The notes under the pieces were generated by a model. It was not told the DNA's origin. It saw nothing but the letters and a program-made list of their open reading frames with translations, and made no database searches. The position numbers and the translations under genes are program-made. From an uncultured Gemmatimonadota bacterium (GTDB taxonomy: Bacteria; ARS69), in the NCBI GenBank assembly GCA_964571855.1, contig CAZNDO010000017.1:8393-72392 (forward strand): DNA of 64,000 nt, read 5' to 3'. This document shows, piece by piece, positions 29,029 to 36,980 of this stretch; the first letter of the stretch is position 1, and each line of letters starts with the position of its first letter.

Positions 29029-32000
29029 GTCCGCACCTCCCACTCGCTCCCGTTGGCGGACACCGCCGTCGGATCGCAGACCGGCACGCCGTAGGCGTCC
29101 TCCACCAGGGCCGGGCAGAACCTCGGCGAGTTCTCGTCCAGGGACCGCCACATCCCGCGGACGCCGACGCGCGTCTGCGGATGTGCGAACCAGCGCGGCG
29201 CGCCGAGCGTGTGCGATAGGTCGGCCATCAGCTGCGCCGGGAACGTGAGGTTGAAGTCCCGGTGGTAGTCGTACGGGCCCCAGTCGTTGAACTTCGCATA
29301 CGCCGCGAGCGCCTCGGCCTTCCACGTGATCCGCACGCCGGCACCGGCGCGACGGACCAGGCGCGGGCTGTCGCCGGGCGGCTCGGTCGTCCCCGCGTAC
29401 ATCTGCAGGATGGAGCGGAGGTCCGGGCCGGCCGCGGACACGATGCGCGCGGTCACCTCCCACAGGTCACGCGCCGGCGTGGATGTGGGGAACGCGAACG
29501 TGGTCCGCCCGTCGCCGAGGATGCCGATGGCCGCGTCCTGCGAGGTCTCGAACTCACGCACGACGAACCCCAGGCTGGCCGCGAAGCCCGCGTCCTCCCG
29601 CACGTCGTTGTCCCAGGCCCACATCCACGTGGCCGGCGTGGGATCGTAGGCGAGGAGCAGCTCCGCCGCGGTCATCTCGCGGTTCGCGCGCACCGCGAAG
29701 GGATCGTCCAGCACGTTGCGCAGCCGTCCCGGCGCCGGCGCGTCGGCCGGCATCGGCCCCACGATGGGCTTCTGCCACAGGAAGTTCGGCGCCACCTGGA
29801 AGCGCCCGAGGTTCCACGCCAGCCCGGTGAGCACATTCGTCTGGTTCCCGGATCCGCTGTCCTCGAGCCGCCACCCGGTGAACGTGATGGTCTCGGTGGG
29901 CCCGCCGTCCGCCACGAGGCCCATGTACGCGCCCTGCGCGTACCAGTTCCAACGCCCCTGCTGCCACGTGAGCTTCGCTTTCGCGCCGAACGCGTCCGAC
30001 GTGCGCACCGTGTCCCGCAGGACGCGAACGCCGGACGGGGTCTCCTCCGCGAGGTCGAACGTGTCGCCCACCTTCGTGTCCCCGGACCAGATGCCGCCGG
30101 TCTCCAGGCCGATCGGCCCCCGGCGGCCCGCGAACTGCAGCGTGGCCTTGCGCGTCTTCGGGAGCGGCACCGCGATCGAGCTGACCACCGAGGACTGCCG
30201 CGCCACGTCCTCCTGGTAGATCCCGGTGACGTCGAGCGGGCCCACGCGCCGGCCGTACTTCAGGAGCACCGCCGGGTTCGCGCCCCACCACAGCTCCGGA
30301 CCGATCGCGAGCGCCGCGCCCGACAGGCTCCGCTTCCCGTGCATCTCCACGCCGAGCGGCGCCTCGCCGTTGTACGTGTCGATGTTCCCGCCGTAGTTCG
30401 CCTCGCGGTACAGCCCGAAGAAGTCCCCGTCGTACCCCCAGTGGTAGTGGCCGGTGCGGTAGAACCCCTCCAGCGAGAACCAGCGATCGTCCCAGGAGAC
30501 GCCGGCGCGGTACACCTTCACGCGCTCGATGTCCCGCAGCTCCAGCGAGTCCCCGTCGGCCACCACCGTCCGCGGCCGTCCGCGGTTCTCGTAGAAGATC
30601 TCGTCGATGGGGTTCTCGGGAACGCGGCCGAGCACGTTGACCGAGAGCGTGCCCGTGACGTTCTGCGACGGCGCCGCCTCGACGTCGATGAAGAACGACT
30701 GCATCTGGTCGAAGCCGCGGAACGCCGGCACCGCGGAGCCCGGAGCGGGATCCTGCGGCGTGGTCGTCTTCCGGCCGCCCGTGTTGATCGTCTCGAACAC
30801 CAGGCGCAGCCCGGTGATGCGCGCCCGCGCGGCGGACTCCCCGAGCAGCACGGCGCGGTCGCCCCGCGCCCGCAGCGCGGCGTCGGCCGAGCGGATGGAC
30901 GCGAAGTGGCGGCGCACCGCCGGCAGGTCCGTCCCCGGCGCGTACGGATCCAGCCGGAAGGCGTCCTGCAGCACGTAGTACGCGGCGCGCGGGTACACGT
31001 CGTACAGGCCGCGCGCGTCCGGGCGACCCTTCGCCGTGATCCCCCACCACTCCTCGTTCATGTTGTTGTCGCCTTCCACGTAGTCTTCCACGTAGCCGCC
31101 GTTCGGCCAGGAGGCGTTCGTGTCGTGCACGTCCAGCCGCTCCTCCTGCCGGAACTTCCACCAGCCGTCGCTCCATTGGAAGACCAGTCCGCCGATGCAG
31201 TTCCCGGCCCGCCCCTTCCCGGCGGACTGCTCGTAGATCTCCTGCCACTGCCCCAGGAGGTAGCGGCTCTGCATCGCCTGGTCCTCGCGCATCTCCCGCG
31301 CGTTCCAGGCATCGGCGCCGAACTCCGTGAACAGCACGGGAAGGCCCAGCTTCTCCTTCACCACGTCGTAGAGATCGCGCGCGGAGATGCCGCGGTAGCA
31401 GTTCGTGCCGAACACGTCGAGGTCGGGGCACTCCTTCGCGATGATGTCGATGTACTGGACGTCCCCGTTCGCGATGGCCACCGGCCGGTCGGGGTCGCGC
31501 CGCTTCACCTCGCGGGCGACCTCCCCGAACAGCGAGTACAGGAACGTGGCGCGGGCGGCGTCCCGCTCCCCCTCCGGGAGCGCCTCGATCTCGAAGGAGC
31601 TCCAGGAGAGTCCGTAGTTGTTCTCGTTCCCGAGCAGCCACATCAGCACGCCGGGCGTGCCGCGGAAGTCGTCCACGAGCTGCAGGATCTCGGCCTTCAC
31701 CGCCTCGCGGAGCCGCGGATCCGAGTAGTCGGTCTGCGGGTACCACACGCCGTCCAGCGTGAACCCGTAGCGCGCCATCGGGTGGTTCACGACCGTCCAG
31801 ATGCCCCAGCGGTCGTGGATGTACCGCACCCAGCGCGGCGGCACGCCGGCGTACTGGCGGAGCGCGTTCACGCCCATGTCGCGCAGCAGCGGCATCTCGC
31901 GCTCCAGCGCGTCGACGATGACGTCGTCGGGCTGGGTCCAGAGGCTGTACGCGTAGTTCTGCCCGATCGGGACGTAGTCCCAGTTCACTCCGAGGACCAT

Positions 32001-32162
32001 GAAGTCCCGCCCGTCCACGACGAGCCGTTCGCCGGACGCGTCGGACACGACGCGCACGACGGAGCCGGCGGGACCGGCGCCGGGGTCAGCGGCGGCAACG
32101 CCGGTCCCCGCCGCGGCGAACCCCAGCGCCGCCAGCGCGGCCGCCACCGCCGCGCGGATCAT
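29007..32162 (-). CDS. Secreted glycoside hydrolase (clan GH-A TIM-barrel-like catalytic module) with a roughly 560-aa beta-rich C-terminal domain of unknown function
   Basis: The ATG at 32162 overlaps the GH1 stop (ATGA). The signal peptide is MIRAAVAAALAALGFAAAGTGVAAA. The acid/base-like motif is LLGNENNYG and the nucleophile-like motif is PVLFTEFGADAW. The C-terminal half shows alternating amphipathic beta-strand patterns. The 1578-aa track ORF fuses this gene with upstream genes read in another frame. Confidence 0.65.
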   Translation of the reverse strand: MIRAAVAAALAALGFAAAGTGVAAADPGAGPAGSVVRVVSDASGERLVVDGRDFMVLGVNWDYVPIGQNYAYSLWTQPDDVIVDALEREMPLLRDMGVNALRQYAGVPPRWVRYIHDRWGIWTVVNHPMARYGFTLDGVWYPQTDYSDPRLREAVKAEILQLVDDFRGTPGVLMWLLGNENNYGLSWSSFEIEALPEGERDAARATFLYSLFGEVAREVKRRDPDRPVAIANGDVQYIDIIAKECPDLDVFGTNCYRGISARDLYDVVKEKLGLPVLFTEFGADAWNAREMREDQAMQSRYLLGQWQEIYEQSAGKGRAGNCIGGLVFQWSDGWWKFRQEERLDVHDTNASWPNGGYVEDYVEGDNNMNEEWWGITAKGRPDARGLYDVYPRAAYYVLQDAFRLDPYAPGTDLPAVRRHFASIRSADAALRARGDRAVLLGESAARARITGLRLVFETINTGGRKTTTPQDPAPGSAVPAFRGFDQMQSFFIDVEAAPSQNVTGTLSVNVLGRVPENPIDEIFYENRGRPRTVVADGDSLELRDIERVKVYRAGVSWDDRWFSLEGFYRTGHYHWGYDGDFFGLYREANYGGNIDTYNGEAPLGVEMHGKRSLSGAALAIGPELWWGANPAVLLKYGRRVGPLDVTGIYQEDVARQSSVVSSIAVPLPKTRKATLQFAGRRGPIGLETGGIWSGDTKVGDTFDLAEETPSGVRVLRDTVRTSDAFGAKAKLTWQQGRWNWYAQGAYMGLVADGGPTETITFTGWRLEDSGSGNQTNVLTGLAWNLGRFQVAPNFLWQKPIVGPMPADAPAPGRLRNVLDDPFAVRANREMTAAELLLAYDPTPATWMWAWDNDVREDAGFAASLGFVVREFETSQDAAIGILGDGRTTFAFPTSTPARDLWEVTARIVSAAGPDLRSILQMYAGTTEPPGDSPRLVRRAGAGVRITWKAEALAAYAKFNDWGPYDYHRDFNLTFPAQLMADLSHTLGAPRWFAHPQTRVGVRGMWRSLDENSPRFCPALVEDAYGVPVCDPTAVSANGSEWEVRTYLHFSL

Positions 32163-33553
32163 GGACGCCTCCCGTGCGGCAGCTCCAGCACGGCCTCGTC
32201 GATGGTCCCGTTCGAGATCACGTCGCGGTACCAGAAGGCGCTGTCCTTGGGCAGCCGCTCCTGCGTGGCGAAGTCCACCCACCACAGGCCGAAGCGCTTC
32301 TGGTAGCCGAATCCCCACTCGAAGTTGTCCATGAGCGACCAGGCGAAGTAGCCGTCCACCGGAACGCCGTCGCCGCGGGCGCGCAGCACGGCGCCGAGGT
32401 GGGCGCGAAGGTACTCCACCCGTCGCGAGTCGGCGATGCGGCCGGTCGCATCCGGCGCGTCGCCGTAGGCGGCGCCGTTCTCCGTGATGAGGATCCGCGG
32501 CGGGGCGTAGTCCCTCTGCACGCGGACCAGGAGGTCGTGGAGCCCCTGCGGGTGGACCTCCCAGCCCATGTCGGTCAGCTCCTCCTTCGGCGCCATGGGC
32601 ACGCCGGCGAAGCCGCCGTCCTTCCCCGCGCGCATCACCGCGCGGCTGTAGTAGTTGATCCCCAGGAAGTCCGTCGGCGCGCCGATGACCTCCATGTCCC
32701 CCGGGTGCGCGAACGGCATGGCGGCGGACGCGAGGTGTCCGCGGCGCACGCGGTCCCGCACGGCGTCCTCGGGATACGATCCCCGGTAGAGCGGGTCCAG
32801 GTACCAGCGGTTGAAGAACCCGTCGAAGTTCCGGGCGGCATCCGCGTCCGCCGCGCTCGCGGACGCGGGGTACGACGGCGTGAGGTTCAGGACGATGCCC
32901 ACCTGCGCCTCCCGGACCCGCGCGCGCAGCCGCTCCACCGCGCGGCCGTGCGAGAGGAGGACATGGTGGGCCACCACCAGGGACTCCGCGGGATCGCGAT
33001 GCCCGGGCGCATGCTCGCCGGTCTCGTGGCCCAGCGTGGCGATGCACCACGGCTCGTTGTGCGTGACCCAGTGATCCACGCGGTCGCCGAGTCGTTCGGC
33101 CACCACGTCGGCGTATTCCGCGAACGCATCCACGGTCTCGCGCGCCGCCCATCCCCCGCGGTCCTGCAGCGCCTGGGGAAGGTCCCAGTGGTACAGCGTG
33201 ACCAGCGGGCGGATCCCGGAGGCGAGCAGCGCGTCCACGAGGGAGTCGTAGAAGTCCAGGCCGGCCGGATTCACCGCGCCGCGCCCGTCCGGAATCACGC
33301 GCGGCCACGCGATCGAGAAGCGGTACGCGTTCGCCCCGAGCCATCGCAGGAGCTCCGCGTCGGCGGACCAGCGGTGGTAGTGGTCGCAGGCGACCGAGGC
33401 ATCCGACCCGTCGGCGATCCGCCCGGGCGTGCGGGCGAACCGGTCCCAGATGGACTCCCCGCGTCCGCCCTCGTCGAAGGCGCCCTCGATCTGGTGGGCG
33501 GACGTGGCCGTCCCCCACAGGAAGTCGCTCGGAAACGCGTTCCGGTTCGTCAC
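32159..33553 (-). CDS. GH1 beta-glucosidase
   Basis: GGAAGGAG lies upstream of the GTG at 33553, which overlaps the ATPase stop (GTGA). NAFPSDFLWGTATSAHQIEGA is present, with the acid/base motif TENG in ILITENGAAY and the nucleophile-region motif THNEPW (VTHNEPWC). Confidence 0.85.
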   Translation of the reverse strand: MTNRNAFPSDFLWGTATSAHQIEGAFDEGGRGESIWDRFARTPGRIADGSDASVACDHYHRWSADAELLRWLGANAYRFSIAWPRVIPDGRGAVNPAGLDFYDSLVDALLASGIRPLVTLYHWDLPQALQDRGGWAARETVDAFAEYADVVAERLGDRVDHWVTHNEPWCIATLGHETGEHAPGHRDPAESLVVAHHVLLSHGRAVERLRARVREAQVGIVLNLTPSYPASASAADADAARNFDGFFNRWYLDPLYRGSYPEDAVRDRVRRGHLASAAMPFAHPGDMEVIGAPTDFLGINYYSRAVMRAGKDGGFAGVPMAPKEELTDMGWEVHPQGLHDLLVRVQRDYAPPRILITENGAAYGDAPDATGRIADSRRVEYLRAHLGAVLRARGDGVPVDGYFAWSLMDNFEWGFGYQKRFGLWWVDFATQERLPKDSAFWYRDVISNGTIDEAVLELPHGRRP

Positions 33554-34554
33554 CGCTCGGCTCCTTCCGGGTAGAGATGGCAGCGCACCGATCCGCCCGC
33601 CAGGTCCCTCGGGCGGGGATCCTCGGTGCGGCACCGGTCCAGGATGTCGGGGCAGCGGGGCGCGAACGGGCAGCCCGCCGTCTCCCCCAGCTCCGCGCGA
33701 ACCGGCGCCGGCAGCCCCGGCGCCGGAGCGCGCCGTTCCGCATCGGCGATGGCGGCGAGCAGCGCGCGCGTGTACGGATGGGCCGGCCGCGCGATCAGCG
33801 CGTCCGGCGCGCCCTCCTCCACGATGCGGCCGCGGAAGAGCACGAGCACGCGGTCCGCCAGGTAGCGCGCGGACGCGAGATCGTGCGTGATGAGAAGGAT
33901 GGAGAGGCCCCGCTCCCGCTTGAGCGACGCCAGGAGCTTCAGGATCCCCATGCGGATGGACACGTCGAGCATGGACGTGGGCTCGTCCGCCACCAGGATC
34001 TCGGGCTCCACCGCCAGGGCGCGCGCGATCGCCACGCGCTGGCGCTGCCCGCCGGAGAGCTCGTAGGGGCGACGCGTGATGAACTCCTCCGCGGGCTCGA
34101 GGCCCACGGTGCGGAGCAGTCGGAGCGCCGCTTCCCGCGCCTCGTCCCGGCCTCCGGTCACGTGGCCGTGCCGGCGGAGCGGGCGGACGAGGTGGTGCTC
34201 CACGTCATGGGCGGGATTCAGCGATCCGAAGGGATCCTGGAACACCATCTGGACCCGCCGGCGGTACGCGAGGGAGGCGCCGCGCCGCTCCCGCGCCAGC
34301 AGGTCCTGCCCGTCGAGCCGGATCTCGCCGCCGTCGGGGTGGTCGAGGCGCAGCAGCAGTCGGGCGATGGTGCTCTTCCCGCTGCCCGACTCCCCGACCA
34401 GCGCCACCGCCTCCCCGCGGCGGACGCGGAAGGAGACGTCGCGGACCGCGGTGACGGGAGCGATCCGGCGCAGGAACCCGTTGCCGGCAAAGGACTTGTG
34501 GAGGCCGCGAACGTCCAGGAGATCGGCAGGGGCTGCCGCCGGCAGAGCGGGCAT
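33550..34554 (-). CDS. ABC transporter ATP-binding protein (DppF/OppF-like)
   Basis: Walker A GESGSGKST, signature LSGGQRQRV and Walker B ILVADEPTSMLD. It is translationally coupled to the GH1 gene. Confidence 0.85.
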   Translation of the reverse strand: MPALPAAAPADLLDVRGLHKSFAGNGFLRRIAPVTAVRDVSFRVRRGEAVALVGESGSGKSTIARLLLRLDHPDGGEIRLDGQDLLARERRGASLAYRRRVQMVFQDPFGSLNPAHDVEHHLVRPLRRHGHVTGGRDEAREAALRLLRTVGLEPAEEFITRRPYELSGGQRQRVAIARALAVEPEILVADEPTSMLDVSIRMGILKLLASLKRERGLSILLITHDLASARYLADRVLVLFRGRIVEEGAPDALIARPAHPYTRALLAAIADAERRAPAPGLPAPVRAELGETAGCPFAPRCPDILDRCRTEDPRPRDLAGGSVRCHLYPEGAER

Positions 34555-34580
34555 CTCTCGGATTCCTCCGTGCGGAAACC

Positions 34581-34603
34581 ACTTTGTTCGCCTGCCGAAC
34601 ATA
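34581..34603. promoter_or_regulatory. Inverted-repeat operator ACTTTGTTCGC-N4-CGAACATAGTG in the divergent region between the ABC ATPase and CBM-protein genes. This is site B.
   Basis: Read directly. One mismatch to the consensus half-site. Confidence 0.45.
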
Positions 34604-34721
34604 GTGTAGGATCCTCCGGACGGTGTCAAGAAAGAGCGGCTCCCGCGGGGACCCGACCTTGGCACCCGCATCGCCGGCCCGGAAGGACCGGACGATCGTG
34701 CCACCGAGAGGAGACACGGTA

Positions 34722-35372
34722 ATGAGGAATCGCAACAGCGTGGTGTGCTCCCTGGTCGCCGCCTCGTCGCTCGTGCTGTTCGGGGCGCCGGAGCCCGCTG
34801 CCGCGCAGCTGCTCAACCCCGGGTTCGAGAGTCCGGACGCGTCCGGCGGGGACGTGGCCGGGACGGCGGACTGGAACTCCTTCAACTTCGTGTTCACGAC
34901 GGCCGCGATCTCGCGCAGCGGCAGCCAGTCCCTGAAGACGTTCGGGCCGTTCGGTCCGGGCGGCGGCTCGGGCTGCGTGCAGCGGGTCCCGGCCGCGCCG
35001 GGTCAGACGTGGGTGGGCGAGATCTACGCGATGAACGCCTCGTTCGACCCGCTGGATGCCGTGGACTTCGGCGTGTACAAGATCGAGTTCCTGGACGCGG
35101 GCGGGAACCTCGCCGCGGGTGGCCTCTTCGGCGTCGACGTCTTCGAGTCCGTTCAGTTCAACGCGTCGTTCGGCACGGACACGTGGACCCTGCTCGGGGT
35201 GGGCACGGCCGCGGCCCCGCCCAACACGGCGTGGGCGCAGGCCGTGATCGTGAAGGTGGACCTCGACGGCGCCAACGGCGGCTCGATCTTCTGGGATGAC
35301 GCCTCGCTCCGTCAGCCGACGGTGGCGGTGGAGTCCTCGTCGTTCGGGCGCATCAAGCAGCTGTTCCGCTAG
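34722..35372 (+). CDS. Secreted CBM4/9-like carbohydrate-binding protein
   Basis: GAGAGGAGA lies upstream of the ATG. A signal peptide is followed by the hallmark AAQLLNPGFESP N-terminus of CBM_4_9. Confidence 0.7.
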   Translation: MRNRNSVVCSLVAASSLVLFGAPEPAAAQLLNPGFESPDASGGDVAGTADWNSFNFVFTTAAISRSGSQSLKTFGPFGPGGGSGCVQRVPAAPGQTWVGEIYAMNASFDPLDAVDFGVYKIEFLDAGGNLAAGGLFGVDVFESVQFNASFGTDTWTLLGVGTAAAPPNTAWAQAVIVKVDLDGANGGSIFWDDASLRQPTVAVESSSFGRIKQLFR

Positions 35373-35458
35373 ACGTCCCGACGACGGCGGTCCGGGCCCC
35401 CGCAGCGGGGCCCGGCCGCGACGGGATCCCGATCGTGCGGACGAAGGAGCGAGACGAG

Positions 35459-36889
35459 ATGAGAACGGTTCTCCCCGGTTCCTGCCTCGCGGTGTTCCTG
35501 GCGGCGGCCGCCCTCGCGCCCGCCCCGGCCGCCGCGCAGAACCTCCTGGTCAACCCCGGATTCGAGTCCGGGTACGCCGGCTGGACCACGTTCGGCAACG
35601 GCGTGCAGCTCTCCGCGGCGTCGGGTGACTTCATCATCCGCACGGGTGCGGAGGCCTCCAAGATCTACGGCGAGTTCACCGGCTGCCCCATCCCCAGCTT
35701 CGACGTGGGCGGGTACTTCCAGTCCTTCACTCCGGTCGCGGGACGGGACTACGAGTTCAGCGGCTACGCGCGGGTGTCCTCCGACGACCCCATGCTCGGC
35801 ACCGTCACCTGCCAGAAGAACCGGTGCGTGGCGAAGATCGCGTTCTTCAACGCGGCGAGCGGCGGCACGGAGATCTCCTCGAACGAGATCGTCATCGGCG
35901 ACGGCAACACCCCGCTGAACCAGTGGGTGCCCTTCGCGGTCACGGCCCCGGTGCCGCCGGGCGCGCTGCGCATGGAGGCGCTGATCCTCTTCCTGCAGCC
36001 GGCGTGCGACGAGGGCGCCGTGTTCGTGGACGACCTCTTCCTCGCGTCGCGCGTGCCGGTCACCACGCCGAACCTCCTCGTGAACCCCAGCTTCGACACG
36101 AACCTGAGCGGCTGGACGGCGTTCGGCAACGCGCTGTACGAGGGGCGCGGGAACACGCTCCCGCAGTTCGCGTTCGCGCGGCGCACTCCCCCCGGCGCGA
36201 TGAAGATGTACTCCACGTTCGTGCTGGGTTCGGACTCCGGCGTGTACCAGGGCTTCGCGGCGACCCCCGGCTCGGAGTGGGAGATGACGCTGCACTCCCT
36301 GAACGCCTGCGCCGAGGATCCCATCGACGGCACGAGCGACAGCTACGCCACGGCGAAGATCTCGTTCCTGGACGGCTCCTTCCCCGCCGTCGAGATCGGC
36401 TCCGCCGAGAAGGTGATCGTGAACGCGGCCTCGCCCAAGGGCACGTGGGTGAAGCACCGCATCGTGGCGCAGGCCCCGGTGGGCACGTTCACCGTCCGCG
36501 CGTACGTGCTGTTCATCTCGCCGTCGCTGCTGCCGCAGGACGCGTGCTTCATCGACGACGTCTCGCTCCGGCAGACGGTCATCACCGGCGTGGACGTCGT
36601 GGAGCCGGCCCTCGTCCCGGAGCTGAAGCAGAACGTGCCGAACCCGTTCCGCGGTTCCACGCGGATCGAGTTCGTGCTGCCGCGCACGGAGGGCGTGGAC
36701 CTGGCGGTGTACGACGTGGCCGGTCGCCGCGTCACCACGCTCGTCGATCGCCCGCTCGAGGCCGGCGCGCACACGGTGACCTGGGACGGCCGGCTGCCCG
36801 ACGGCGCCGCCGCCGCGGCCGGCGTGTACCAGTACGTCCTGCGCACCTCGGAGGGGCAGACCTCCCGGCGGATGATGCACCTGAAGTAG
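35459..36889 (+). CDS. Secreted protein with two CBM4/9-like modules and a C-terminal FlgD-Ig/T9SS-like sorting domain
   Basis: AAGGAG lies 8 nt upstream of the ATG at 35459. The two modules begin AQNLLVNPGFESG and TPNLLVNPSFDTN. The C-terminal domain reads NVPNPFRGSTRIEFVLPRTEGVDLAVYDVAGRRVTTLV..WDGRLPDGAAAAAGVY. Confidence 0.75.
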   Translation: MRTVLPGSCLAVFLAAAALAPAPAAAQNLLVNPGFESGYAGWTTFGNGVQLSAASGDFIIRTGAEASKIYGEFTGCPIPSFDVGGYFQSFTPVAGRDYEFSGYARVSSDDPMLGTVTCQKNRCVAKIAFFNAASGGTEISSNEIVIGDGNTPLNQWVPFAVTAPVPPGALRMEALILFLQPACDEGAVFVDDLFLASRVPVTTPNLLVNPSFDTNLSGWTAFGNALYEGRGNTLPQFAFARRTPPGAMKMYSTFVLGSDSGVYQGFAATPGSEWEMTLHSLNACAEDPIDGTSDSYATAKISFLDGSFPAVEIGSAEKVIVNAASPKGTWVKHRIVAQAPVGTFTVRAYVLFISPSLLPQDACFIDDVSLRQTVITGVDVVEPALVPELKQNVPNPFRGSTRIEFVLPRTEGVDLAVYDVAGRRVTTLVDRPLEAGAHTVTWDGRLPDGAAAAAGVYQYVLRTSEGQTSRRMMHLK

Positions 36890-36980
36890 GAACAAGCCCC
36901 CGCGAAGGGTGCAGGCGGCCGCGTCCGGGTTCCGGGCGCGGCCGCTCCGTTTCCGGGGCGCCCGGCCCGCGGGCACCCGG

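Noticed and set aside
29007-33743. A 1578-aa ORF on the minus strand
   Set aside because: Its N-terminal 527 aa is an arginine-rich read-through across the GH1 and ATPase genes in a different frame. The real gene starts at the ATG at 32162, where there is a signal peptide and an ATGA coupling to GH1.
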